Below are positions 40,067 through 55,725 of a DNA stretch of 64,000 nt, piece by piece. Position 1 is the first letter of the stretch. Each line of letters starts with the position of its first letter. Source of the stretch: Octopus vulgaris (taxonomy: Eukaryota); assembly GCA_951406725.2 (NCBI GenBank), contig OX597814.1:84878001-84942000 (forward strand). Reading direction: 5' to 3'. A program made the position numbers and the translations under genes. The notes below the pieces were generated by a model. It did not search any database and had not been told where the DNA came from. It saw only the letters and a program-made list of their open reading frames with translations.

Positions 40067-43000
40067 TCACACACACACACATTGTATATGTTAAGGAAAT
40101 TAAAATGAGTTATAAAGAAATTTCCTAAAAAACAGTTGCATATATTTGAAGAAAAACAAAACGTGTATATTAAATACCATACAAGCTAAATTCTTAATTT
40201 ATTGAAATTATTTCTACTTCCAGCAATGTAGAACAATTGTTTAGAAGCGAATAGGATCAACTCCAAATAAGAAGAGGAGATAATCTCAAGAGTGAGAAAT
40301 TTTTCAAAATTGACATGTTATGATAGGGAAAAGAGGTCAAGTGTGGACATACTTTTCTGCCTCAATAGGCATCTTCAGTACAGCAGTTATCTTACCTTTT
40401 GGGCCAGTGTCTTCTAAAAACTCGAGTCAACCAAAACTTTATGGGTAGGTTTTGTTGATGAAAACTGAAAAGAAGCATATTGTACATATGTGTCCCTATG
40501 TACATGTGTGTGCCTTCATATCTGTTTACATTCGCACTTATTTATAGGGAATTTGCTACATTTGAGCATTGTTTGTCTTGATGGTGCTTCTGTTAATAAA
40601 TTGCCCACATGCTTCATGCCTTGAAAGCTGTGTGGAATTAGAGGTTCCTTATTTTAATGCATGTAAAGTTAGAAAGGGCATCATATTTGTATAACCCATG
40701 CCATGATGGAAAAAAATGGCAGCAGGAAAGAACTGTGAGAGCAAAAAATTGTTATTCCTATAGAAAGGAAATGAGAAGATGAAAGGGGGAAAAATTGAGG
40801 TGGCAGGAAGTGCTGTATAATTATAATTAGTTGAAGAGTTACCAGGTTCGTTGCACTTTGCTCTTTGCACCTCTAACTTAAGCCATAAAGACTACATTTT
40901 CTCTCACTCTGTCTCTTTCTCCTGCTCTGTCTCTCTTTCCCTTCATACACAAATGCACATGCATTCTGGTGTGTTGACATAGAATATATACAATATATAT
41001 TGTTACAGACATTGCCAGTTTGTTATTCAAAAGTTGGTGGTTTTCTTGGTTGTATTGGTTTTGATTTTGGTGAGTGATGGCATGGTCATATTGCTCTTTT
41101 TAATTGTATTGCTGTAGTTTTAGTATCAAGTCAATCCTCATTGACCTACAATCAAATACACTAGGGTACTCATTATCTCATGTCATTGTGTTTATTATAG
41201 AGGGAGTTGCTGATATTGTTCATACTAACATTGCTGGAGTTGTTGGTCATTAAGGAGTTAGTGGATTGGTAATGATGGCAGTTGTGTTGGAGTTGATGAC
41301 AGAGGTTGTAGTGAAGATTGATTTTTACACAAATGCTCGCATAGAGATAAATAGATATTGCTAATGATTCTGTCAGATTGGCACCTTCATACACAAATAT
41401 TCACAGTGAATAGTTCCACCCACCACACTTTATAAGTATTTATAATGATATATATATATATCATCATTTAGCATCCATTTTTCATGCTGGCATAGGTTAG
41501 GCAGTTAGACTGGAACTGGTAAGCTGGAGAGCTGTGCCAGATTTCAGTCTGTTTTGGCATGGTTTCTATGGTTTGATGTCCTTCCTAATGCCAACCACTC
41601 CATAGAGTGTAATGGGTGCCTTTTAAGTGTAACTGGCATAGATACCTTTTATGTGTCACTGGCACAGGTGTTTTTTGTATTTCACCAGCACTGGTGCTTT
41701 TTATTTGTGTCAAGCACAGGTGCCTTTTAATGCATCACTGGCATTGGCCAGGACTATGATTTCGCTTAGCTTGATGTTGGAATTCCTTTTTAAGGTCGTC
41801 TGACATTCGATTTTCAGACAACATCCAGTTTGTTTTGGGCTGACCATGCCTTGGCTGTTTGAGTTTTTATGTCCTTTTCAGTTCAGGCTATCTCAGAACT
41901 GAACACAATGTATGTAGATCAACTCACCATAGACACTGGATGCCTCCCTGAAGACCACCCTCAATTAATGCAGGACTGAGATGGATGATATGCACAGGTT
42001 AAAAATGTCTGAGCAAGCTCAACCAGATGATGATATATATATTCATAGTCATCTCCATTTAGCTAAGAAATTCACTTCTCAATAGTGTAGAAGAGGGCTC
42101 AATCCCACCACACAGTACCTTGGGTGTCTTCTATAGCTCCAGTCTGACCATTGCCTCTTAAGGGAATTTGTTGTTGGAAACTGAAATTAGTCTTTTGTAT
42201 ACACACACAATACCAAAACGAAAAAAAGAGAACATGAAGATCGGGTAAAAAAAACAGTGTATTAGGTTCATGTTCAGGAAAAGTAGAAATGTTTTATGTT
42301 TCGAACACATGCTCTTTTACAGAAAGTATAGATGAGGAGAGGAAAATGGAGAGAGAAGAAAAGAAATGTGTCTCAATTAGACTGTCACCACATGCTGAAA
42401 TGACTGGAAGAGGAAGAGTTTGCTAGGGGCATGAGTAGCAAGAAGGAACAATTGTGAAAGTTGACTTGAAGCATGGGTGGCAAGGGGAACAACTGTGAAC
42501 CTGGTTTGTATGTGTGAGAGCAAGCATTCATGTGTGTGTGTATGAAGATAATGTGTATGCATATACTCTGTGTGCTTATGCATGTGTAAATGTGTGTATG
42601 CATGCATGTGTGTGTTTATATCTACCTTGCTGTCTATTTATATAATATATGTGTGTGTGTGTGTGTCAATGTTTGCAGTCTCTGCTGAGCTTTGGTTACA
42701 AATGGTAACATCATTGTTTCTAGTTTGGCTGCTACTGGTGACATATGTTAACTTTATTGTCAACAAAATGTCTCCTAGCTTTGTGCTTTCTAATTTCTCT
42801 GGAATAAAAAAAATCCATTACTTGAAAAGTAGATAAGAAATGGTGAGATGAAGAGCATCTGGCTGTAAAAATCCTACATCAAATATCCCCTATCTAAACA
42901 ATGCTAGCTTGGAAAAACAGATGTTATGGTTTACATCTGAAAAGACTAAGAGTCAAAAATAGGCTTGATACATTGAAGAGTAAGAATGAATAAAATTTTA

Positions 43001-43902
43001 TATAAAGACCTTACATTTGTACTGTTGTTTCCATACCAAGGCAGTTTCTCTCCTTTGAGAAAATACTTGGCATTGAAACATTTGTATGGCAATAAAGTGT
43101 TGATTGATGCAAAATTTTATATATGTATATATAATATGAAGATAACCAACTTTCTCAGCTAATATTGGGATCCAGCAAAATGTGTCTGAAATTAAACTGA
43201 AAAGGTTTACTTTCTTGTTAGAACTTCTCAAGCACACGCACAGAATTTGCTTCCAGCGCAGCTGAATGGTTAACACAGGAACAATTGTATGACAGGGTTT
43301 AGAGGGGGAAATAGGGTTCTGGCTAATTGCAAGATTCATCTCTTCCTTGGCTGGTCAATAAGCTATGAATTACTATTGGTGTGTAAAGAATGTGGTGGGG
43401 AAGACTAAAGAATAGATTTAGATTGCTAGACTTTCAGGTAAGGAGAGAAAGGGATTATTGTTTAGAGTGAGAAGTGTGTGTGTGTGTGTGTGAAAGAGAG
43501 AGAGAGACTTGTCAGGGTCATTGAATTAGGATAGTTATTAAGTAAAGCTGGAAAGAAATGAGTAAGGGAGTATATGAAGTAAATAAATAAATATTCATTT
43601 CCTGTCTGATTAAAAAAGGCAAACTAATCTTTTTCACATAAACCTGTTTTAAATCATGTGTAATGTATTATATAGCTATTTTCAATCTAATGGATCAGTG
43701 CTTTCCATTGGATGATGTTTAAGATGACAATGTTAACTAACTTTATTACTTTATATGTATATTTATCATCTTGGATGATGATATATATATATTTGTATAT
43801 CTGTGTGTGTGTGTATATATATATATATATGTATATATATAAAGAAATGAGATGACAAAGGAATAAACGATTATCTTATGAACTTCATTAGCTTATAGCT
43901 GT

Positions 43903-44260
43903 TTAAGTTAAGTTAATCTTTTGGCTCAAAAAGCAAAAGCAAGGCCATGTAGGGGGACATGGAGTTATGTACAGGGAGGGTGTTCATGCAAAGAGTTCAG
44001 GCCATTTCTAGTCAAGAGAGTCTTTGAACCGAGCGGTTGTCGGCATCTTCACTATCTCGTCCGGCAGCTTATTCCACGGATCCGCAACACGGACGGAGAA
44101 AGCTCCTCTCCTTTGATTGAGATGAAATAGTCACAGATAGAGCTTTTTGGAGTGACCCCGCAGCCAACGCTCTGGAGCAGGAGTGAAGAACAGCTCTTTC
44201 GAGAGGTTACACTTTCCTCTTATGATGTTGTGAGCGAGAATGAGATCAGCACAGCGTCAT
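43903..44260 (-). mobile_element. CR1-type LINE 3' end with (AACTT)n tail
   Basis: ADLILAHNII...LRGHSKKL...RRGAFSVRVADPWNKLPDEIV...FKDSLD. Confidence 0.82.
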
Positions 44261-47200
44261 AGATGCAGTGGACTCCTAGTTGAGTGCCTGAGTAACACCT
44301 TATAGCTTTATCAGATCTTCAAATATGAAGTGCCATATGTATATGAATATATAAATGTATATACTGTCCAACTTATTCCAGCATGGAAAATGGACATTAA
44401 TAGATAATGATATATACATATATGTATATATGTGCGTGTGTGTGTGTGTGTGTGCATACACACACTCATATACACATATATTATCTGTATCCTGATATAA
44501 AGTGATTTTTAAGCACACAATCAAATATTTTACTAAACATGTCTTGTTCATTTGATCTTGGAATACAGTTTACACCCCTCCCCCCCACCAAAAAGTAAAA
44601 GAAAGAACAATGAACAATTGAAAAACATAATTGTATTCACACTTACAATTTATTTCATATATTCATTTACACATTTCTTAAAATCAACTGACTCTCTTTT
44701 CCCTGCCTCATGCATAATTGTCTGTGTTGATTTTTGAATAGCTCTCACTTGTGTTTTGTTTCATCTTCTGTCAGTTTGTCTCCTGTTCTGTTATTTTTAT
44801 GTTCTTTCAATGCTATTGTAAATCTCTGGCTTTCTCCTTCACTCTCTGGCTGTCTGTCTCTGCTTTATCTCTCGTTTGTACCATTTATCAGTTTCTACTC
44901 ATTCCCAAAGTCTTCATATCTGTAATTTTGTCCTTTTCCATCTACCCCCCTCTCCACCTTTGTTTTGGTATCTATATTCACTCTTCTCTGCATGTCTCTT
45001 GTCTCTTCCATACCCTATTATCTTCTGTTAAAATTCCATTCAATTTACAAAATGTCATATGGATATAAATCACCCCAGGTATTTCACTGGTTCTTTATAT
45101 TATTGAACTAAAGGTGGATTGAAAAGCAATTGACTTCAGCTGGATTTGAACTCAGAACTTAAAGGACTCCAACTAAAGACTGCAAAGCATTTTATAACTC
45201 TCCATCTCCTTTAACTCTCTTTTCTTCATACCTGTTGATTTCATGTTCTGATTTTTTTTTTGTCAATCTTATTTATCTACTCTCTTTTCCATTTATTCCC
45301 TCTCTTCTCACCTTCATCTTCCTTCCTTCTCTTTCTCTTATTGCGTGTCAAACTTTCTCTGGCTTTCATGTTGTCAACTTTTACCCTCTCACACCTGTCT
45401 CATTTTCTGTCAATTTCCCACTTCTCTCTCTCTGTCAACATTTCTCATGTTCTCAATCTGTCAGGTTTTTCCCACCTCATTTCTATCAGTCATCTCTTTC
45501 TAACTTTCATCTTAACCCCAACATTCATAGCCCTTCCTCCCTCAGCATCCTGTCACATGTCAGTTTCTCACCTCTTACGTAATCTTGTGTATTTTTCTCT
45601 CAATCTCTCATTACTTCTCCAGTTCTGTTCTCTATCAGCCTTTTAAAATGTCTCTAGTTCTGCTAAACAATGTCAATTTCTCACTGTCTCTAGTCTTATC
45701 AATTAGTATCTGCTTCCCACCACATCTTTAGTTATGTTGCTTTTTTGTCAACTCTCCAACCTCTCTAGTCCTGCCTCTTTCTCCCCCTGTCAACCTCCCA
45801 CCATGTCACAAGTCCTGTCCTCCTCTCTCTGCCTTCTCACTGTATCACTTGTCCTGCCTCTCAAAATTTTCACATCTGAAACACTACTTGAGATAAACTG
45901 TCATATGTTTTATTATATTTCTCAACAATGACTGATCTCACCTGCCAATTAATTAATGCACACACATATTCACTAATTCTTTATGTCCATATCTCTCCTA
46001 TCTCCTCAAACATTTTCTTTCTCACATTCACTTCCAGCACAAATTCATCAATTCTTTGTCTAAACTGCAATTTTCTCCATGGCCATTTATTTTTATCTTT
46101 TTCTCCACCTCCATTTCCAAACACCCCATATCTCTCTCCTTTAATATTTCTTTTCCCCCATCATCATATCTCTCTTTTCATCTTTCTTTTTTTCTATAGT
46201 ATTTCTTTCTTACTCTTGTCTTAAACTCCTCTGACCCCTCTTTTTTCAATCACATTTCTTTCTCTCCTGTACCTCTTTCCCCTATCTCATTGCTTTCTCT
46301 TCTATGTCTCTCTCTCTTTTCTTTCCCATCTTCATCAATCCATCTCTCTCTTGAATACCCGCTCCTCATCCTTTCCCTTTCTTTGTCATGTATAAGCCCT
46401 GTCTCATACTGGTCCACCATTTTTCCCTTGAATTCCTTCTTTTCAAACTAGTTTTTCTTTGGCATTACTTCATTATATTTCTTCCAGCCACAAACTCTAT
46501 GCTCACTCATAGCCAATGCATATGCATACAGCTGCACACAATATGCACAGACATATGCCCACACAAATACATATGCATCCATATACAGATTGTCTTCACT
46601 TGTGTGCAAACCTGCTATGTACACATTCACACCATGTGCGTGATTACACACATTCATGTGTACATACTCTTTGTACCCATACATCACATGTTGACTCTTT
46701 ATACATAGACACACACATTCCCTCATACACAATACATACATACTTTTAACTAAAAGTGCAACATTGACAGTGTATTATTCCAGATTTAAAGAATAATATA
46801 GATTTAAAAAATGATGAAAATTAACTCCTTTCGTCATCATATTTCAGCTGAAACACACTATCTTTGTTCTAATTATATTTTTTGAAAATAATGAAGAATT
46901 TAATAAAACAGCTGTCATACTTAAGCTGGTATTATAAGGTGGCCAGCATGGCAGTTGTTACTGTGCCTGACAAAATACTTAGCAGCATTTCTTCTGGCTT
47001 TACATTTTGAGTTCAAATACTGCCGCGGTTGACTTTGCCTTTTATCCTTCTGGTGTCAGTAAAATAAAGTATCTGTCAAGTGCTGCAATTGATGTAATCG
47101 AGACTTCCTCCTTCCCTCAAAAAAATTGTTGACTTGTAAAAAAATTGGAACGGATTATTAAACTAATGTTTGAAATATAAATTAGAATGAGAGTAGAAAG

Positions 47201-48371
47201 TTTGCATCGAAGAATTAGAGTTGACATCAGGCAGGTTGGTATAAAAAGAGTTTAAAAAAAATTAATCATACTACGCTGTCAACAAATAATAGTGAAGGAT
47301 ATATTTCCACTGACAAAGGTTAAGAAAGCATAAACATTTGGCGTTGTTTCCTTTGGTTATCTAGTAAGAGAGTTATGGTAGCTCACCACCTAATATTGTT
47401 TTCTAATTACAGTTTTTAACCACATTAGTTATTTCTAGTTTTGAAATCATTGAACACAGCCAAAGAGAGAGCAAGTGTGTGTGTGAGAGGGAGTGAGAGA
47501 GAGAGAGAGAGAAAGAAAAAGAAAATAAGAGAGAGAATTGACTTAAATACTGGTCTGTTAGTTTATCAACCCTGTAAGAATGAAAGGCAATGTTGCCTTC
47601 AGTAGGATTTGAACTCTGTAAGGTATTCTCTCTAGTACTCTGATAACTCAGCCAATTTGCTGTTGTGAATGAACTTAGTGCATTTAGGATCATCATCATC
47701 AACAGCCTCAACATTTAATATCTGTTTTCCATGCTGGCATGGTTTGGATGACTTGACAGGAACTGGCAAAGCAAGGGGCTGCACTAGGTTCCATAGTCTG
47801 TTTTGGCTGGATGCCTTTCCTAATGCCAACCACTTTACAGAGTGTACTGGGTGCTTTTACATGACACCATCTATCTAATGTTTTTTTTTTGTCATTATTT
47901 AAGACAAGGTGTTATTTGGTTGCTATTTCCTAGTAGATTGAGTGTTCACATGGGCCCATCTTGGCTGGTTTGGATGCTAGTTCATTTTAGAAAGTTTTTA
48001 GGATTTGATTCTGTGAGTTGATTAATATAAGCTCTAAAGATTGTAATTCTGACTCTGAATATTTTGAGTTCAACTCTGCTAGTCATCTTCTACCCATCAT
48101 TCTCAGATGTGTGAAAATATATCCTGTGGCATGTGTATGTGTGTAACAGTTTAGTCTGAACGTGTCTAGGTATAACTATCTGTACATGTTTTGTATGTCA
48201 TCACATGTGTATGTGCACATATACACATATATAGACACTGATTCAAAAGCCTCTTTAGTATATGAATGATATAACAAATTTATATTTTGTTATAATTTTG
48301 TTCTTACATATTTTTCAAACTATGTTGGGTATTTTGTTGTGAATATCTATTGATATTAATGTTGCTTTATA

Positions 48372-48594
48372 CAAGGGGGGGGGGGTGCTCAAAAGTTCCT
48401 GGCTTAGGGTAAAAGAAAATACAGGAGAATCAGTTAATTATGATTTTATTCAACATATTTCCCTCTCAGGTTCACACACTTATTGTAGCGGTCATTCAGT
48501 TTTTATAAGCACTGTAAAAGAACTTAGAAGGTTGGGCCTCCAATTAGGCCTTTGGCGATACCCTTTAAGTCAGAAACTTTTCAGCACCCCCTTG
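48372..48594. mobile_element. Mariner-type MITE
   Basis: TIRs CAAGGGG...GTGCTCAAAAGTTCCTGGCTT / AAGTCAGAAACTTTTCAGCACCCCCTTG with TA target duplication. Confidence 0.85.
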
Positions 48595-50653
48595 TATATT
48601 TCATATGTGTAGGTGCAGCTGTGACTGTGTAGTAAGAAATTTGCTTCTCAATCACAGGGTTTTGGGTTCAGTCCCACTGCATGTGTCTTCTTGTATATCC
48701 TTGTGATGACTTAAAGCCTTGGTAGATGGAAACTATAAGAAGCTCATTGTATATATATATTTATATATGTGTGTGTGTTACTGTCTCCTTGCCTTGACAT
48801 CACATGATAGTTGTGAATGATACTATCATGCCAGTGGTATCTTTTGTTTCCAGTCTTCTGAGACATATCAGAGTTCTTAGTTCAGATATTGCTGAGGTTG
48901 ACTTTGGTGTCAATAAAATAAAGTATATGTCAAGTGTTGTAGTTCATATAATCAACTTCCTCCTTCCCTCAAGAAATTTGCTAGCCTTGTACCAAAATTA
49001 GAAAGGATTATTAAACTAGTGTTTGAAATATAAATTAACATGAGAGCAGAAAGCTTGTATCATAGAATCAGAGTTGACCTCAGTTAGGTTGGTATCAAAA
49101 AAGTTAAAAAAAAAAGAATTACCAAACTGCACTGTCAACAAATAATAGTGAAGGATCTATAATATCGCTTGGAAACAGGTGAAGATTGGCATCCAGACCT
49201 AGGAAATCTACAAAATTTACTTTAAAAAATTCTGCTGAACCCATGTGAGTATGGAAGAGTAGACATTAAATGATGATGTTGCTTTATATATATTTTAGAA
49301 AATTTATCAAAAGACCATGTAAATATTTGTTTTAAAAAATGGTATAATATAACAGTAATCTTATTCATTAACTAGTTCAACTGCCTGGGATGGTCATGGT
49401 TGCTGGCTGTAAGAATGGCAGAGTAAATAGAACAGAATCTTGAAATTCCGTTTAGTCAAGGCAGTCAGCTGTGACCTGGGGTCAGAGGGGAGTCAGGTGG
49501 GGTTAATTATTGCTATGGGAGGTGGAGTGTGAAGACTAGCAAAAGAAAAAATGGTGGAAAGGGCAAGGAAGGAATAAAGTGGGACAGTTGGGACTCTGAT
49601 AGGTACTACTATTCTGGGTCAGAACAGATCCGAGAGTAATAATTGAGGGGTTACTCCATGCTCTCCTCAACTGGAGCCTCACCACTAGATGCAGTTTAAT
49701 GTCATACTCAAGACAATGTATATCATCTTTTTAATGTCCACTTCTCCATGCTTGCATGGGATGGATGAAGTTTATTGAGGCAAATTTTCCATGGCTGGAT
49801 GCCCTTTTCTGTTGGCAGCTCCCACTGGTTTCTAAGCAAGGTCATATTTTCCCAATGCTAGACATATTCTTGTAGAATAATGACACTGCTTGTATGACTG
49901 ACAATCATTTACGATTGTCACGCAATGTGAAAACAAGAGACACTCATATACTTTCTGTCCCTCTCTCTCTCTCTCTCTCTCTCTAATACACACACACACA
50001 CATGTATATTGGGCTTCTTACAGTTTCCATATGCCAAATCTACTCACAAGGTTTTGGTTTGCCTGGGCATATGGTGGGAGACTCTTGCTCAAAATGTCAC
50101 ATAGTGGGATTGAACCCAGGACCATGTGGTTGGGAAGCAAACTTCTTACCACACAGCCAAGATTTTTGAATTTCTGTCTGCTTTCACTTTCATTAATCAG
50201 TTCCTAGCTTGATTATGCTTGGCAGCTGGTGAAAATGATTTTTGTTAGATTTTTTCAAGAGTGAGGTGTATTTTGGTTTACAATGAACATATGTTGTTGC
50301 TGATCTTTCAGTTAGTTTGTTTTTATTTCAGAAAATGTTTTTGATATTTTGTTTTGCCAAATACAAAAATAAACAACAACAACAACACATAATTGCAAAT
50401 AAAAATCCCACCCCATGCACATTTTTCCTGAAAATATAAGTATTCTTTTATTCTTTTCTTTTACCTGTTTCAGTCATTTGACTGAGGCCATGCTGGAGCA
50501 TCACCTTAAAGGGTTTTAGTCAAAGAAATTGACCCCAGAACATATTCTTTGTAAGCCTAGTACTTAATCTATTGGTATCTTTTGGCAAACCACCAAATTA
50601 CAGGGATATTAATACACCAACATCAGTTGTGGATGGGAACAAACACACACACA

Positions 50654-50693
<40 letters not shown>

Positions 50694-51822
50694 AGCTTCT
50701 TCCAGTTTCTGTCTGCCAGATCCATTCACAGGGCTATGGTAGAAGACACTTGCTCAAGATGCCATGCAGTGGGATTGAACCAGAACTATGTGGCTGGGAA
50801 GCAAGCTTCTTACCATATACCCATGACTGTGCCTAATATAATCATTATCATTTAATGTCTGTTTACCATGCTGCCATGGGTTGTATGATTCAAAAGGAGC
50901 TGGCAAGCCAGAGAACTATCTAAGCTCTAATGTCTGCTTTGGCATGGCTTCTACAGCTGGATGGCCTTCCTAATGCCTACTTACTTGACAGAATTTACTG
51001 AGAGCTTTGTACATGTTACCGGCGTTGGTGAGGTTACCAAGTAACTGACAACCACAAGACTCCCCTCAACCTTAAGTGGAGGGAAATAGTATTGAGGGAA
51101 GTGACTTTATGCCAGGTGATATATATATATATGTTTAAACAATCAACGAAATTCCAACAGGTGCAGGAATGGCTGTGTAGTAAGAAGCTTCCTTCCCAAC
51201 CACATGGTTCCAGGTTCAGTCCTACTGCATAGCACCTTGGGCAAGTGTCTTCTACTATAGTCTTTGGCTGAACAGAACCTTGTAAGTGGATTTGGTGGAT
51301 GGAAACTGAAAGAATACATCCCATGTGCCAGTGGCATGTAAAAAGTATCCACTACACCCTTGAAGTGGTTGGTGTTAGGAAGGGCATCCAGCTGTAGAAA
51401 CCTTGTCAGATCAGACGTTAGACGATGATGATGTATGTATTTATGTGTCTGTGTTTGTTCCCCCACCATTGCTTGACAACCAATGTTGGTGTGTTTATGT
51501 CCCTATAACTTAGTGGTTCAGTAAAAGAAACTGATAGAATAAGTACTAGGCTTACAAAGAATAAGTCCTGGGGTTGATTTGTTTGACTAAAAAGGTGGTC
51601 TTGCATTGCTGCAGTCAAAATGACTGAAACAAGTAAAAGAATAAAATAATAATCTGATTTTCATGTTTTATTATTTACAGTTATTACAGTTTTACAATAA
51701 CAGAATATATGTTTGTGATAAAACTAGTACTTATATATATATTGACTTTTCTATTCTTCCTCAGTGTCAAACTAACACACCTGCTTCTTCCCTCATGAGT
51801 GTTTTGTTTTCTGTACATCTGG

Positions 51823-51870
<48 letters not shown>

Positions 51871-52087
51871 CAACAATTGAGGGTAAAATTAATTTATTAT
51901 TAATCAATTTCACCAAGTATTCAGTATGCAAAGGGACCATTTAAGGCGAATTCAAATTATTATATGAGAGAGATTTTCTTTAAGTATTAGAAATAGTTTT
52001 AAAAAAGTTTTTTTAGCTACTATTTCTAATGAGTTCAGTATGTGGCAAAGTAATTTATTTTACTAAGCCCTTTTATATAATGTAATA

Positions 52088-52168
<81 letters not shown>

Positions 52169-53158
52169 CAGAGAGAGAGTCCGACAGAGAGAGAGTCCGA
52201 CAGAGAGAGAGAAAGTCTTCACCATTCTTCCCAATCATTAAACTAATACACCTGCTTGTTCCCTCACCTGTCTTTTGTTTTCTGTACATTTTCAATTTTA
52301 TGCATTTCTGTAGAATAGAGTCAGAAATTATCCTGTACACCAAAACTCACATTCCCTTCAGATGTGTATGTTTTAAGCATCATGTATTATGAATATAAAA
52401 AGGTAATGTTGAGCTTCTCTCCTTCTCTTCTGTAATTTTTCAGTTTTGACTTTTTTTTTTCGAAAAAGATTTCCGATTTATGTTGCACATATGTTCGAGG
52501 AAACATAATCTCAGATGTTTAAACAAGTCTGAAAAAACAATTTCAACAGAAAAATTACAGAAAAGTAATGGAGAAGTTTGAAAAGTCCAGCACGTTTTTC
52601 CCTTTTTCTACACAAAACCTACAAAACTTAAAACGTACACATCCAAACTAAATTAAATACAGTTTTTGGCAATGTAGGCAAATCTATAGCAATATGTCAG
52701 TGTGTATTTTATATATATGTGTGTGTGTGAATATATGTATGTATATAGATCGTCCCTGTAACTTAGCGGTGTGGCTAAAGAGGCCGATAGAATAAGTACT
52801 AGGCTTACAAAGAAAAAGACCACGGATTGATCTGTTTGAGTAAAGGTGGTGCTCCAGCATGGCTGCAGTCAAATGACTGAAACAAGACAATAAAAGAATA
52901 TATGTGTATGTATATATGTGAATATATGTGTATGTATATCTGTATATATATGTATATGTATACAGGTATATATATGTATATGCATATATATACATATATA
53001 CAATTGTATATCTATACATATATATGTATATGTATATATATACATATGCATATATATACATATATATATGCACATATATGTATGTATATATATGTGTATA
53101 TATCAATATATGTATATATGTATGTATGTATATATGTATGTATATATATGTATATATG

Positions 53159-53205
<47 letters not shown>

Positions 53206-53607
53206 AGTTACAAATTGAGATAGGGGTTGTAAATGCAACCCTCCATGGGATAACATATATCCAATATACTGCTAGTGAAGTACCCAACAAAGTTAATACA
53301 TAAATGTTAAGGATTGTGATGCAATCAATTCATTTACTGTATTATATGGGCAAAGGTAAAATGATTTACCACAAATTACTAATACAAGATAAGAAAATGG
53401 AGAAATACATCTAAATCAAATATCAATTATCAGATAATACTCAATCACATACTTTATTTAAACCACCACATAAGAGACTGTAGGGTTAAACATAAAAAAG
53501 CAGAACAAATCAGTGTACACAAAGGAATGTACATAAAAAAGTGTACATAAAAGAGTAATGTTGTATAATAAGTAGAATATATATAAAAAAGAGAATATAA
53601 GTATAGA

Positions 53608-53742
53608 TTACATCTTACAGCTGTTTCGGCCATGTAGATAAGTATGTCTCATTTTACCAATATTAACCTTTTATGGTAGGTCAATATATGGATATAAATG
53701 AGACATTTACAAAAGTATCATAAGGCCTCTTCGGAGATATAC
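53608..53742 (-). ncRNA. Type I hammerhead ribozyme with a long stem II
   Basis: Minus strand TATCT-CCGAAGA-GGCC...GGCC-GAAA-CAGCTG-TA-AGATG; the insert pairs ATGTCTCATTT/AAATGAGACAT and ATATTGACCT/AGGTTAATAT. Confidence 0.75.
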
Positions 53743-55304
53743 ATATACAAATGAGTGCATATACTCACACTCCTATACATATAAAAATATACTTATAGAT
53801 AATAATGTAAATAAATAATATAAATTAGTAAACATATATATGTTCCACATTCAACGTTTCAGTTTTTCAACTTAATATTGTGATAATAAACATACACATA
53901 TTAGTACCTAGATGCAAATATACATAGTCAATAGTACATTATATTACTTCCTACTAATTTCCAAAGTGTCATTAAAGTTAGCATCATTATCGTTGTCAAT
54001 ACCATTAATGCTACCATCATTATCATTCATAATATTGTTAATATCGCTTACGTTAGGATCCAAAGTGGCACACATGTATGTCCGGGTTCCATTTAGTAAT
54101 TTTCCTTATGACATAAATACACTATTGGATTTGAATTTAAATTATCATTGTCTTCCTCATGGTTGGTCCGTTGACCAACCGCACAGGTAAAACATACACA
54201 TCCAACCCTAAACCCATACGTCCACATAAAGACCCCTACACACATGAGTAAACCCGACACACTACACATTCACTAGATTGCAGAGTGCATGTCTGTCATC
54301 GCATGGCTTATAGACAAATCAGTACAGGCCGCAGTGTCTATACACTAACACACACACTCACATCTGCATATACTCATAGATATAAATACAATCTCATATA
54401 CTGTATCAGGGAACATTCGCACACACATATATACATATTTAAATATATGTCTGCGCACTCATACGTACAAATAAAACCTATACTTATATCCACCCATGAA
54501 TAAATATTTGCAAATACATATATACATATCCAAATACGCATCTGTGTACTCATATGTATAAGAAAAACATACATCCGTACATCCACCCACGAACATATAT
54601 TACTTATATTTTAACAACCCAAGGGAAATAACCCAAACCACCTGCAGATTTAAGTGAAGCGATCAGCATTTGATTCTCATGATCAGCCTACCTAATTCTG
54701 CATTTCACTATTCACAGTTCCGAACTGGTAAACATTATTATTGCACTTCCTTAATTTGAATCAAAAACAGAAAAGACTTCATTCATACATTTCTATACAT
54801 ACATATTTTTTTGAATACCCATTACTCCGATAATTTTGCATTTTTACAGTTATACTTTTTCCATGACAGCAGAAAAACTTTTTTTTTCACAATGTCGTTG
54901 CAGTGGCTTCATGCAGGCATAGCGTGAATTCGATCCTTGATTGCCACATTTCACTTAACACTTCAACAGTGCTTTTCTCACAGTGAAACAATAGTTTTTC
55001 TGTGAATGACAGCAGTTATTCATTTTCCTGATGCCTTCACCAAGCAGAATAATGTCTTTGCCTCTCGCCAACCTCCGACAACTTCTCACACCATCCTCTG
55101 ACAAACTTTCTCGCCAACCTCCAAAAACCTCTCTTGCCAAGCTCCAACAATCTATCCCTCCACCTGCTGACAGTTTTTTTTATACATTTTCGTGACAGAA
55201 AATACACCTTTTGTGGCTGTTATAATGAAATTGCTTTCTTATATCAGAGTAATAAGGCGTTTCAAAATAACATCTTTACCTCTGGGAATTACTGGGTACA
55301 CCAG

Positions 55305-55421
55305 TATACACATGTACATACATATATATACAAATACATACATATTTACATATATATATACATACATATTTACATATACATATATATATATACATATACC
55401 TAGATATACATACATATATGC

Positions 55422-55456
<35 letters not shown>

Positions 55457-55668
55457 AATACACACACACACACACACATATATACTTATATATATATACA
55501 CACATACAAATACACATCTATATACTCACACACACATATATGTTTGTGTGTATATAGATATGTGTATTTGTGTGTGTATATATGTATATATGTATTTATA
55601 TACATATGTTTATGTGTATATATATATATATATGTATATATATGTACATGTATATATATATGTATATG

Positions 55669-55725
<57 letters not shown>

